NCBI GenBank assembly: GCA_964016885.1
Contig: OZ024752.1
Span: 45,508,001-45,572,000, forward strand
Source of the DNA: Eledone cirrhosa
Lineage: Eukaryota
DNA: 64,000 nucleotides
Reading direction: 5' to 3'
Positions 50,824 to 64,000 of this stretch are shown here, piece after piece; positions within the stretch are counted from its first letter, which is position 1; the number at the start of each line of letters is the position of its first letter. The notes under the pieces are model-generated. The model saw nothing but the letters and a program-made list of their open reading frames with translations. It did no database searches and was not told the DNA's origin. Made by a program: the position numbers and the translations under genes.

Positions 50824-50912
50824 TTGAATTAGTATGGTATAGACAAGTACATATGTTGTTTAGGTGTATAATATTGTCAATACTCTGATATGCCCAGTTC
50901 CTTGTTGGGTTG

Positions 50913-50955
<43 letters not shown>

Positions 50956-51134
50956 CTTATTGTTTAGACTCAGAGAGGTCATTTACAATCATTTCAGCTC
51001 TAGGAATCGCTTCTGAGCAGTATAAATTAATATTTGATGAACATTTACATGTTATAGTTGCAATTGACTAATAAGATCGCTACGATCTTATTAGTCAATT
51101 GCAACTATAACATGTAAATGTTCATCAAATATTA

Positions 51135-51199
<65 letters not shown>

Positions 51200-51446
51200 A
51201 ATAGTTAAAACGATGAAATTAAACAAAAAACATTTAATTCATAGTAAAACACATTAAACGTTTTTTTGTTTAATTTCATTGTTTTACTATTTTTACTATT
51301 TGTATTTTTGACTCTGTATCCAATGAAGTATATTGTTGATAATGTCGTATTCTAAACTTTGCTCCACATCTTCTACATACGGATTACATTGAGTTCTTCT
51401 ACGGCTTCTACGGTTTAGACCCCCACCATTAATTGGTGGATTTATC

Positions 51447-51479
<33 letters not shown>

Positions 51480-51491
51480 TGTCCTAAGAAA

Positions 51492-51539
<48 letters not shown>

Positions 51540-51815
51540 TTTCTTAGGACAAGTCGACCTGATCAGACGACGACGACCACCACCACCACCAACACCATCG
51601 CCACCACCACCACCACCACCAATATCTGTCCGTGCATTTCCTCCTCCTCCTCCTCCTCATACTCCACCATTTATTTCCTTTTTCTTTAAAATATATTGTC
51701 TCCACCCTTTACCGTGTTCATGCACTTCCTGTATTATATATATACATATATACATATATACATATGTACATATGTATATATGTGTATATATGTATATATG
51801 TATATATGTATATAT

Positions 51816-51853
<38 letters not shown>

Positions 51854-51944
51854 ATATGTACATATGTATATATATGTATATATGTATATATGTATATATA
51901 TATGTATGTATACACACATATACATATATATATATATGTATATA

Positions 51945-52034
<90 letters not shown>

Positions 52035-52069
52035 CACTCACACAAACACACTCACACTCACACACACAC

Positions 52070-52104
<35 letters not shown>

Positions 52105-52927
52105 TACACTCACACAAACACACACACTCACACACTCTCTTACTCACACACACCTCTCGCAAACACACACTCTCTCTCTCTCTCTCTCACACACACTCAC
52201 CTCTCACACACACACACTCACCTCTCACACACACACACACTCTCTCACACACTTACACACTCTCTTACTCACACACACACACACCTCTCACACACACACA
52301 CACACTCTCTCTCACACACACACTCACCTCTCACACACACACACACCTCTCACACACACACACACACTCTCTCTCACACACACACTCACCTCTCACACAC
52401 ACACTCACCTCTCACACACACACACACACTCTCTCTCACACACACACTCACCTCTCACACACACACACACCTCTCACACACACACACACACCTCTCACAC
52501 ACACACACACACTCTCTCTCACACACACACTCACCTCTCACACACACACACACCTCTCACACACACACACACACCTCTCACACACACACACACACTCTCT
52601 CTCACACACACACTCACCTCTCACACACACACACACACTCACCTCTCACACACACACTCACCTCTCACACACACACACACACACCTCTCACACACACACA
52701 CACACACTCTCTCTCACACACACACTCACCTCTCACACACACACACACCTCTCACACACACACACACCTCTCACACTCCCCCCCCCCCAGTATATAACTA
52801 TAGCCACTGCCACTGCCACTGTGTTAACATAACCAGGTGTTGTATGTTTAGAGTCTAACCTCGTCTTCTAATATCTCCTCCGCTTCTTAGATAAGATATA
52901 TCACTTGTGACTCACTAACCTCTACAC

Positions 52928-52960
<33 letters not shown>

Positions 52961-53083
52961 GATCTCGATCTTTCTCCTCTACACTCCTTTGTACACCCCC
53001 TCTCTCTCTCTCTCTCTCGTTCTCTCTCCTTTGCACCCCCCCCCCTCTCTCTCTCTCTCTCTCTCGTTCTCTCTCCTTTGTAC

Positions 53084-53127
<44 letters not shown>

Positions 53128-53689
53128 TCTCTCTCTCTCTCATTCTTTCTCTCCTCTTCACTCTCTTTCTCTCACCTTTTAACCCCTCTCTTCCTTTCTT
53201 TCACTCACTTTTTCTCTCTCTTACTCTCTCCTTTTCAGCCTCTTTCTTCCCCTCCCCCTCTCTCTCTCTCTCTCTCCCTTTCCACATAATCTTTCCTCTT
53301 TCCTCTCCCTTCCTCTCCCTTCCTGTCCCTTCCTCTCATTCTCATTCACCTTTTCTCTTCTCTTTTCTTTCTTTTCCTTTCCTTGTTACTTTACCCCCCC
53401 CCCCCACTTTCAGGAGTCGATATTTCTTCCGTCTCTTTATATTCTCAGTTCAAATTCCACTAAGGTCAACTTAGCCTTTCGTCCTTTCGGGGATGGGGGG
53501 TCGATAAAATAAAGTACCAGTAACGTACTGGGGTCGATTTAGTAGACTTTCCCTCATTCCCTTCAAATTCACTGATGTCCTTCTTTACAAATTCACATCT
53601 TCAACGAACGTCTTCTAGGTTTTCCACCCACCTCTTACACCTACCACATGGGTGACATGACATCTGCAATCTGTCCTCACTGTAACAGC

Positions 53690-53960
53690 CTCTGTCACAC
53701 CCTCTCACAACCCCTGTCACACCCTATCACAACCCCTGTCACGTTCCTGTCACAACCCCTGTCACAACTTATGTCACAACCACTGTCACATAGCCTGTCA
53801 TAGCCCCTTTCACAGATCCTATCACAACCCCTGTCACAACCCCTGTCACAACTTCTGTCACAGCCACTGTCACAGACCCTGTCATAGCCCCTGTCACAGA
53901 CCCTGTCACAGATCCTATCACGGTCCCTGTCACAGATCATGTCACAGTCCCTGTCACGGT
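53690..53960. repeat. 12-bp tandem repeat (ctgtcacaaccc-like)
   Basis: Directly visible period. Confidence 0.85.
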
Positions 53961-54078
53961 CCTTCCCCCAGACCAGGACCCCCACCCCATGTTACCAGGT
54001 CCTCCTTAATCACAGACATCAACCAGGTTTTAACGGATATGTCATACCTTAGATTCGAGAGAGGCTCTGGCTTCCTAC

Positions 54079-55549
54079 ATACCTGTCTACAGTGTACCTC
54101 TAACACCTGTCTACAGTGTACCTCTAACACCTGTCTACAGTGTACCTCTAACACCTGTCTACAGTGTACCTCTAACACCTGTCTACAGTGTACCATGTAC
54201 ACCTGTCTACAGTGTACCTCTAACACCTGTCTACAGTGTACCTCTAACACCTGTCTACAGTGTACCTCTCACACCTGTCTACAGTGTACCTTTCACACCT
54301 GTCTACAGTGTACCTTTCACACCTGTCTACAGTGTACCTCTAACACCTGTCTACAGTGTACCTTTCACACCTGTCTACAGTGTACCTTTCACACCTGTCT
54401 ACAGTGTACCTCTCACACCTGTCTACAGTGTACCTTTCACACCTGTCTACAGTGTACCTCTAACACCTGTCTACAGTGTACCTTTCACACCTGTCTACAG
54501 TGTACCATGTACACCTGTCTACAGTGTACCTCTAACACCTGTCTACAGTGTACCTCTCACACCTGTCTACAGTGTACCTTTCACACCTGTCTACAGTGTA
54601 CCTTTCACACCTGTCTACAGTGTACCTCTAACACCTGTCTACAGTGTACCTCTCACACCTGTCTACAGTGTACCTTTCACACCTGTCTACAGTGTACCTT
54701 TCACACCTGTCTACAGTGTACCTTTCACACCTGTCTACAGTGTACCTCTAACACCTGTCTACAGTGTACCTCTCACACCTGTCTACAGTGTACCTTTCAC
54801 ACCTGTCTACAGTGTACCTCTCACACCTGTCTACAGTGTACCTCTCACACCTGTCTACAGTGTACCTTTCACACCTGTCTACAGTGTACCTCTCACACCT
54901 GTCTACAGTGTACCTCTCACACCTGTCTACAGTGTACCTCTAACACCTGTCTACAGTGTACCACTAACACCTGTCTACAGTGTACCTCTAACACCTGTCT
55001 ACAGTCTACCTCTAACACCTGTCTACAGTGTACCATGTACACCTGTCTACAGTGTACCTCTAACACCTGTCTACAGTGTACCTCTAACACCTGTCTACAG
55101 TGTACCTCTAACACCTGTCTACAGTGTACCTCTCACACCTGTCTACAGTCTACCTCTAACACCTGTCTACAGTGTACCATGTACACCTGTCTACAGTGTA
55201 CCTCTAACACCTGTCTACAGTGTACCTCTAACACCTGTCTACAGTCTACCTCTAACACCTGTCTACAGTGTACCATGTACACCTGTCTACAGTGTACCTC
55301 TTACACATGTCTACAGTGTACCTCTAACACCTGTCTACAGTGTACCTCTAACACCTGTCTACAGTGTACCATGTACACCTGTCTACAGTGTACCTCTAAC
55401 ACCTGTCTACAGTGTACCTCTCACACCTGTCTACAGTCTACCTCTAACACCTGTCTACAGTGTACCTCTAACACCTGTCTACAGTGTACCTCTAACACCT
55501 GTCTACAGTCTACCTCTCACACCTGTCTACAGTCTACCATGTACACCTG
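54079..55549. repeat. 24-bp minisatellite (~61 copies)
   Basis: acacctgtctacagtgtacc plus a variable tetramer (tcta/tctc/tttc/atgt/acta). Confidence 0.95.
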
Positions 55550-55788
55550 CTTCCTATTAATGTCTCCGCGGCATTTCTTTCGGCAGTTTTTAATTTAAAT
55601 CCCGCCGAGATCAACTTTGCCTTTCATCCTTTCTGGGGTTGATAAACTTAAGTACCAGTCAAATACTGGGGTTGATAAACTTAAGTACCAGTCAAATACT
55701 GGGGTTGATAAACTTAAGTACCAGTAAAATACTGGGCTCGATTTATTCGGCATTTTCCCCTTTCCCTCGCCAAAATTAGGATTATCTC

Positions 55789-56365
55789 CAATGTCCCATC
55801 TCACACCTGTCTACAATGTCCCATCTCACACCTGTCTACAATGTCCCATCTTACACCTGTCTACAGTGTCCCATCTTACACCTGTCTACAATGTCCCATC
55901 TCACACCTGTCTACAATGTCCCATCTTACACCTGTCTACAATGTCCCATCTCACACCTGTCTACAATGTCCCATCTTACACCTGTCTACAATGTCCCATC
56001 TCACACCTGTCTACAATGTCCCATCTCACACCTGTCTACAATGTCCCATCTCACACCTGTCTACAATGTCCCATCTCACACCTGTCTACAATGTCCCATC
56101 TCACACCTGTCTACAATGTCCCATCTCACACCTGTCTACAATGTCCCATCTCACACCTGTCTACAGTGTCCCATCTCACACCTGTCTACAATGTCCCATC
56201 TCACACCTGTCTACAATGTCCCATCTCACACCTGTCTACAATGTCCCATCTCACACCTGTCTACAATGTCCCATCTCACACCTGTCTACAGTGTCCCATC
56301 TCACACCTGTCTACAATGTCCCATCTCACACCTGTCTACAATGTCCCATCTCACACCTGTCTACT
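55789..56365. repeat. 25-bp minisatellite (~23 copies)
   Basis: cacacctgtctacaatgtcccatct. Confidence 0.95.
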
Positions 56366-56431
56366 GTCCACTTCGTATCCCAGACCTCTGTCCACCACTT
56401 ACAGCCGTCTTACATATACACGACACTAACA

Positions 56432-56511
<80 letters not shown>

Positions 56512-56633
56512 CAGTTATTATATATATATATATATATATTACAGACAAAAATACACATATTTATATATCGTTCTAGTCATCTCTCTCTCTCTCTCTACAT
56601 ATATATATGTGTATATATGAGTATATATGTGTA

Positions 56634-56696
<63 letters not shown>

Positions 56697-56773
56697 AACT
56701 ATTTATCGATCACAATTAACCGCACCCGAAATGAAAAGAAGTAGAGAGAGAGAGAGAAAGAGAGAGCGGGAGG

Positions 56774-56815
<42 letters not shown>

Positions 56816-56864
56816 CAGACAGGTGGGGAGAAAGAGTGAAAGAGAGAGGTCAGTGGAAAATTAT

Positions 56865-57733
56865 AGTGTTGGTGGTGGAGGTGTTAGTGGTGGCGTGGTG
56901 ACTGTTGGTGGTGGTGATGTCGTTGTTGGTGGGGGTGGTGTTGTCGTTGTGTTGGTGGTGGTGATGTCGTTGTTGGTGGTGGGGGGGGGGTTGTCGTTGT
57001 GTTGGTGGTGATGTCGTTGTTGGTGGGGGGGGTTGTCGTTGGTAGTGGTGGTGGTGACAGTGTTGGTGGTGGTGATGTCGTTGGTAGTGGTGGTGGTGGG
57101 TGGTGGTGTTGTTGGTGGGAGTGGGGGCGGTGTTGTCGTTGTGTTGGTGACCGTGTTGGTGGTGGTGGTGGTGGTGGTGGCAGTGGTGGTGGTGTTGGTG
57201 GTGGTGGTGGTGGCAGTGGTGGTGGTGTTGGTGGTGGTGGTGGCAGTGGTGGTGTTGGTCGTGTTGTTGTTGGTGATGGCAGTGGCAGTGGTGGTGTTGT
57301 TGTTGGTGGTGGTGGTGGCAGTGGTGGTGTTGTTGTTGGCAGTGGTGGCAGTGGTGGTGGTGGTGTTGTTGTTGTTGGTGGTGGTGGCAGTGGTGGTGGT
57401 GGTGGTGTTGTTGTTGTTGGTGGTGGTGGCAGTGGTGGTGGTGGTGGTGTTGTTGTTGTTGGTGGTGGTGGCAGTGGTGGTGGTGGTGGTGGTGGTCGTC
57501 GTGTTGTCGTTGGTGGTGGTGGCAGTGGCAGTGGTGGTGGTGGTGGTGTTGTTGTTGGCAGTGGCAGTGGTGGTGGTGGTGGCAGTGGTGGTGGTGGTGG
57601 TGGTGGTGTTGTTGGCAGTGGCAGTGGTGTTGGTGGTGGTGGTGGTGGTGGTGGCAGTGGCAGTGGTGGTGGTGGTGGTGGTGTTGTTGTTGGCAGTGGC
57701 AGTGGTGTTGGTGGTGGTGGTGGTGGTGGTGGC
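56865..57733. repeat. Imperfect (GGT/TGT/GGCAGT)n trinucleotide tract
   Basis: Low complexity; produces the poly-H/T/G/V ORFs. Confidence 0.92.
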
Positions 57734-57929
57734 AGAAGTTCGTGTGACTTTTTTCCTTCTCCACCTACGAGACAACTCCAGGTAAAGTATTTCAGGTAAG
57801 CCAGCTTGCTGCCTGCCTTCCTTGCCAGGTCTCACTGAACCAGACGACAGACGACAGACGACAGACGAACACCGCACGGAACAGGGGTAAGCAGAGCAAC
57901 AGTTCTCTCTCTCTCTCTCTCCCTCTCTA

Positions 57930-57967
<38 letters not shown>

Positions 57968-58035
57968 TCTAACTTGACTTCATACATCCTCCCTTTCTAT
58001 TAGCTACTGTGCCCTCGCCCCTATGTATATGTATA

Positions 58036-58069
<34 letters not shown>

Positions 58070-58122
58070 CATATACAAATATATATTTATATACATACAC
58101 ATATACATATATACATATATAC

Positions 58123-58175
<53 letters not shown>

Positions 58176-58288
58176 CATATATATATGTATATATATGTAT
58201 ATACATATATATATATATGTATATATACATATATATATATACATATATATACATACATATATATATATACATATATATATATACATAC

Positions 58289-58329
<41 letters not shown>

Positions 58330-58332
58330 CAG

Positions 58333-58371
<39 letters not shown>

Positions 58372-58839
58372 TATATATAAAGCGTTGAAATATCCGAGAC
58401 CCCCGGGAGACAACTGACAAGGAAACCCCCACCCCACCACGTCCTTACTTTCTTCTTACTCTCATTCCAGTTTTAATCCTACCTTAACTACCAACTATAC
58501 AACCATCCTACTCCCTCTCTCTATATATACACATATATATACACATATATATATACACACACATATATATACACACATATATATACACACATATATATAC
58601 ACACATATATATACACACATATATATACACACATATATATACACACATATATATACACACATATATATACACACATATATATACACACATATATACACAC
58701 ATATATATACACACATATATATACACACATATATACACAGGGTGTCCTCCAATAATGTATGTATATTTTGATTACCTGTGCAGGCAACATCCATTAGAAT
58801 GGTGTAGAAGTATGTATATAGTTTTTGGAACACCCCGTG

Positions 58840-58878
<39 letters not shown>

Positions 58879-58917
58879 GTATATGTATATATATATACAT
58901 ATGTGCGTGTGTATGTG

Positions 58918-58980
<63 letters not shown>

Positions 58981-59036
58981 TTTGGATCTAGCTGTCGAAA
59001 CGGCCGGAGCTCAGCCGTCGGGGTCCTGACTCTTTT

Positions 59037-59113
<77 letters not shown>

Positions 59114-59699
59114 AAGAGAGAGTGTGTGTGTGTGAGAGAGAGGGAGAGTGTGTGTGAGAGAGGGAGAGAGTGTGTGTGTGTGAGAGAGAGAGGGAGAGAG
59201 TGTGTATGTGTGAGAGAGAGGGAGAGAGTGTGTGTGTGTGAGAGAGAGAGAGTGAGTGTGTGTGAGAGAGAGAGTGTGCGTGAGAGAGAGAGAGTGTGTG
59301 TGTGAGAGGGAGAGAGTGTGTGTGTGTGTGAGAGAGAGAGAGGGGGTGATACATAGATAAAATCATATTTGCGATACTTTTTCCTTATATCTATAAAATG
59401 GCTTAGGAAAGGCATGCGCTTCACAGCGCTTCACAAGATCTCACGTCTGACTTTCTGACTCTATTTTAATGTCCTATGTAAGTCTCTTCAAACACAAACA
59501 CATTGTACTTTCATACTCACATACATAGCTATACACGTGTACATCTATAAACTCAGATACATTCATATACATATATATACACACATATATGTGACATATA
59601 CTTGACATAAGTCAAGTTTGGCTTTTATACAATATATATATATGCAAGTATAAACATACCGGTGGACATGTATAGCTACACGCAAGCTTACATACATAC

Positions 59700-59784
<85 letters not shown>

Positions 59785-59908
59785 TACAAGCATATATATA
59801 TATATATACATACATATATGTATATATATATATATATATATATCTATACATACATAATATATATATACATACATATATATACACACATACATATATACAT
59901 ATCTCTCG

Positions 59909-60037
<129 letters not shown>

Positions 60038-60380
60038 ATACATATATACATAATGAAGGCATGTCTCAACAGTCAGTATTATTAACGTGTGAGTGAGTGT
60101 CGTCTGCCGATTTCAAATTTTTGTCAGAAAGTTTTCTTCTACTTTTCACTCAAACTCTCTTATTATTTTTTTCTCACTCTTTTTCTCCTTCATAATCCTT
60201 CATTTTAGGAACAAAATCACATTTTTGTAATTTCCAAGAGTAAAAATGACAATTTTAATCAAATTTTATCAGCAAAATCCTTATCTAATCTTTCAAAAAT
60301 ATATTTCTGCAAAATATGCATTATTGAGAAAGTTTAGTGTCAATACTTGATATTGTTTCCTCATAACTTTCTTTAATAAT

Positions 60381-60479
60381 TATATTTTGTAGAGATATAT
60401 TTTGTAGAGATATATTTTGTAGAGATATATTTTGTAGAGATATATTTTGTAGAGATATATTTTGTAGAGATATATTTTC
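60381..60479. repeat. 15-bp tandem repeat (tatattttgtagaga, ~6 copies)
   Basis: Directly visible period. Confidence 0.9.
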
Positions 60480-61167
60480 AAATACGTAGATAATATTAGG
60501 TTGATATAATATATATATATATATATAAATTGTCGTTTTTACTAACGGAAATTACCTGTAATCTTAAAATGAAAGGGTTACCTCATTTTCTACCACTTAT
60601 ACATTCCCTATGTTATTATTATTATTATCATTTATTTAGCTCAAATCCCGCCTAGATTAGTTTTGCCTTTGATCGTTACGGGGTTGTTAAAATGAAACAC
60701 CAGTAACATACTGGGGTTCGATTTAATCGACTGTCCCCTCCCCTTAAAATTGTTGACCTTGTGTTTAAATCAGAAATAATAATAATTATTATTTTTATCA
60801 TTTATTGAATTCAAATCCTTCCTAGATTAGCTTTGCCTTTCATCTTTACGGGGGTCGATAAATAAAGTACCAGTAACACACTGGGGTCGATTTAATCGAC
60901 TTTCCCTTCCCCCAAAATTGCTGGCCTTGTGCCTAAAGTAGAAATTATTTCTCTTTATTCCCTTCAATCGTTGTGGTATCTCCTATTAATGGTTTCCTAA
61001 GCTCCGCCTCCTTTTTACATAATAAGGAGTTTTAAACACATTTTATCTTCTCCGAAGTCCTCAAAACTAATTTTTCATTTCCTTCGCTGTTTTCAACAAC
61101 CAGTGACAAGTCGGCACAGGAATCGATGCGGCTCAGGTAAGTAAAAACAAACCTACTTTATACTATA

Positions 61168-61232
<65 letters not shown>

Positions 61233-61332
61233 ATAATAATAAATTTGAAGACTAAAATCCAAAGAGGGCTCGATAAGGATAAATATATATCAAATATATA
61301 AGAACCGTAGAGCAATCTGTTATTTTAATAAA

Positions 61333-61371
<39 letters not shown>

Positions 61372-61507
61372 TTATAAAAGTTTATCCCGGGTTCAATCGG
61401 GGGGTAACCACAGTAAGTAAGGTACTCAATACAAAGCAGAGCATAAATATTTAATATAGAAAAGGTTTCTACAGGATTAGAACTGTTTCATTCATTCTGT
61501 ATGTATG

Positions 61508-61561
<54 letters not shown>

Positions 61562-61642
61562 CCATTCAGGTCGATAAAAAAAAGTACCAGTCAAGTACTG
61601 CTGGGGGCCAATTCTTTCTCTTTATCTCTTTCTCACTTCTTC

Positions 61643-61688
<46 letters not shown>

Positions 61689-61707
61689 ATATATATGTCT
61701 ATCTCTA

Positions 61708-61826
<119 letters not shown>

Positions 61827-62198
61827 CTATCCTTCTCAGGTGGAAATCTGTTGTATTTAGATCTGGGGAAGAGACGAGCTCCATCAGGTCGTTTTAAAGT
61901 GCTGTAGAAACGCCGTATCTCAATATGGCGTCCTTACGACTCCTTCGGGAGTTAAAAGACCACGTAGCATTATAGCATTAACAATATAGGCCATCCATTC
62001 TGAGATCGATGAAATCCCGAGTTCATTATTTTATCGATTCCAGGAAGATTAATGGTAAAGTAGCTTTTGGCTAAATTTGAATTCTGGATGTAAATTATTG
62101 GAAATGTTTAGCCAACCAAGTATTTTTGTATCTCACTCTTATTCCACTGTCTCTTTTTTTCTCCTTCTCCTTCTCCTAAAATAATTGCAACAGCAACA

Positions 62199-62726
62199 TT
62201 AAACCTTTAGCATTTAAACCGGCCGAATCCGGCCAGAATTTTCTCACCTCTTTCAGTTCAAGCCAGTTGTAACTGGCTGCTCGTAGTGATGTTAAGGTAT
62301 TGTTCTTAAAATAAATAATATCAAAATCTCGTAGATTCGATGTTATATGAGATATTATGTGATATATTATGTGAGGTAAAGCCTTTACTGTGAAAATACA
62401 ATAGTATATATAGAGTAATGTAAATGTTATGTGAGATATTATATGAGGTAAAGCCTTTACTGTGAAAATACAATAGTATATATAGAGTAATGAAAATGGT
62501 ATGTGAGATATTATGTGAGATAAAGCCTTTACCATGAAAATACAATAGTAAATATAGAGTAATGTAAATGTTATGTGAGATATTATGTGAGGTAAAGCCT
62601 TTACTGTGAAAATACAATAGTATATATAGAGTAATGTAAATGTTATGTGAGGTATTATGTGAGGTAAAGCCTTTACTGTGAAAATACAATAGTATATATA
62701 GAGTAATGTAAATGCTAAAGGGTTAA
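62199..62726 (+). mobile_element. piggyBac-like MITE with an internal 72-bp tandem expansion (~5 copies)
   Basis: ttaaacctttagcattt...aaatgctaaagggttaa TIRs. Confidence 0.7.
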
Positions 62727-63171
62727 TAATGGTTTCTACTTTAGACACAACAACCATTTTGAAGGGAAGGGAAAAGTCGATTATATCGACCCTAGTACAT
62801 AACTGGTACTTTATTTTATCGACCCCGGAAGGATGAAAGGTAAAGTTAACATTGACGGGATTTGAACTCAGAACGCAGAGTACCGGAACGAATACTGTAA
62901 AACATTTTATCCGATGCTCTACCGAGTACAGTAATAATAAGGTTTCTATAGTTTAATATCTGAATTAATGAGCTCTTGTGAACAGGTGAATTGACAGTCA
63001 GTAGAGCGTCAGAAAAACTACTTTGTGTTATTATTCCAGTTCCCTGCACCTTGAGTTAAAATCTCGGCAAAGGTAACTTTACTTTTCATCTCTTCGGGAC
63101 CAATTAAATAAACTACAAGTGCAGAACGGTGATTTTGGCGTAATTGTTAGTACATCGGAAGAAATGCTTTG

Positions 63172-64000
63172 TGTTCTGAGATCTTGGGTGGTAGTTTTAA
63201 TGTGTTACCTAGCTTAACACCACCACATAGTCCTTGGGTGCTTTTAGAGGTGTCAGTTCTGTGATCTTGGGGTGGTTTACCTAATGTGTTACCTAGCTTA
63301 ACACCACCACATAGTCCTTGGGTGCCTTTAGAGGTGTCAGTTCTGAGATCTTGGGGTGGTTTACCTAATGTGTTACCTAGCTTAACACCACCACATAGTC
63401 CTTGGGTGCCTTTAGAGGTGTCAGTTCTGTGATCTTGGGGTGGTTTACCTAATGTGTTACCTAGCTTAACACCACCACATAGTCCTTGGGTGCCTTTAGA
63501 GGTGTCAGTTCTGAGATCTTGGGGTAGTTTTAATGTGTTACCTAGCTTAACACCACCACATAGTCCTTGGGTGCCTTTAGAGGTGTCAGTTCTGTGATCT
63601 TGGGGTGGTTTACCTAATGTGTTACCTAGCTTAACACCACCACATAGTCCTTGGGTGCCTTTAGAGGTGTCAGTTCTGAGATCTTGGGGTGGTTTACCTA
63701 ATGTGTTACCTAGCTTAACACCACCACATAGTCCTTGGGTGCCTTTAGAGGTGTCAGTTCTGTGATCTTGGGTGGTAGTTTTAATGTGTTACCTAGCTTA
63801 ACACCACCACATAGTCCTTGGGTGCTTTTAGAGGTGTCAGTTCTGTGATCTTGGGGTGGTAGTTTTAATGTGTTACCTAGCTTAACACCACCACATAGTC
63901 CTTGGGTGCTTTTAGAGGTGTCAGTTCTGTGATCTTGGGGTGGTTTACCTAATGTGTTACCTAGCTTAACACCACCACATAGTCCTTGGGTGCTTTTAGA
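63172..64000. repeat. ~84-bp tandem satellite (~10 copies, runs off the window end)
   Basis: gttacctagcttaacaccaccacatagtccttgggtgcctttagaggtgtcagttctg... Confidence 0.95.

Noticed and set aside
54079-56365. CRISPR-like constant repeat with variable interval
   Set aside because: The variable part is only 4 nt and recurrent, not unique spacers; eukaryotic context with no cas genes
55791-56901. Three overlapping long ORFs with CLQCP repeats
   Set aside because: A 25-bp period without stops makes all three frames read the same peptide; repeat artefact
56850-57877. Poly-His/Thr/Gly/Val ORFs of 250-338 aa
   Set aside because: Translations of a trinucleotide tract open in several frames on both strands

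Overview
Eukaryotic, AT-rich and microsatellite-dense animal DNA. The repeat landscape (Nin-domain and CORE-like tRNA-SINEs, RTE and Penelope fragments, abundant (TA)n/(CA)n) suggests a coleoid cephalopod such as Octopus; this is an inference. Two intact spliced genes were reconstructed by hand and lie tail to tail. The first is a 20-coding-exon Host cell factor gene (HCFC1-like, + strand, 3161-26495, about 1457 aa: Kelch propeller, low-complexity middle, FN3 pair, C-terminal NLS). The second is a 10-coding-exon ADP-sugar pyrophosphatase (NUDT5, - strand, 38342-29683, 210 aa) that includes a 9-nt microexon. The rest is transposon debris and tandem arrays. The most notable non-genic signal is a dispersed set of minimal type-I hammerhead ribozyme motifs (at least 8, one fully canonical). 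They sit in short Penelope pLTR-like inserts, mostly next to (TA)n tracts, and several are folded back into long palindromes. One lies directly downstream of a Penelope GIY-YIG ORF. Most long ORFs in the supplied track are microsatellite or minisatellite artefacts.
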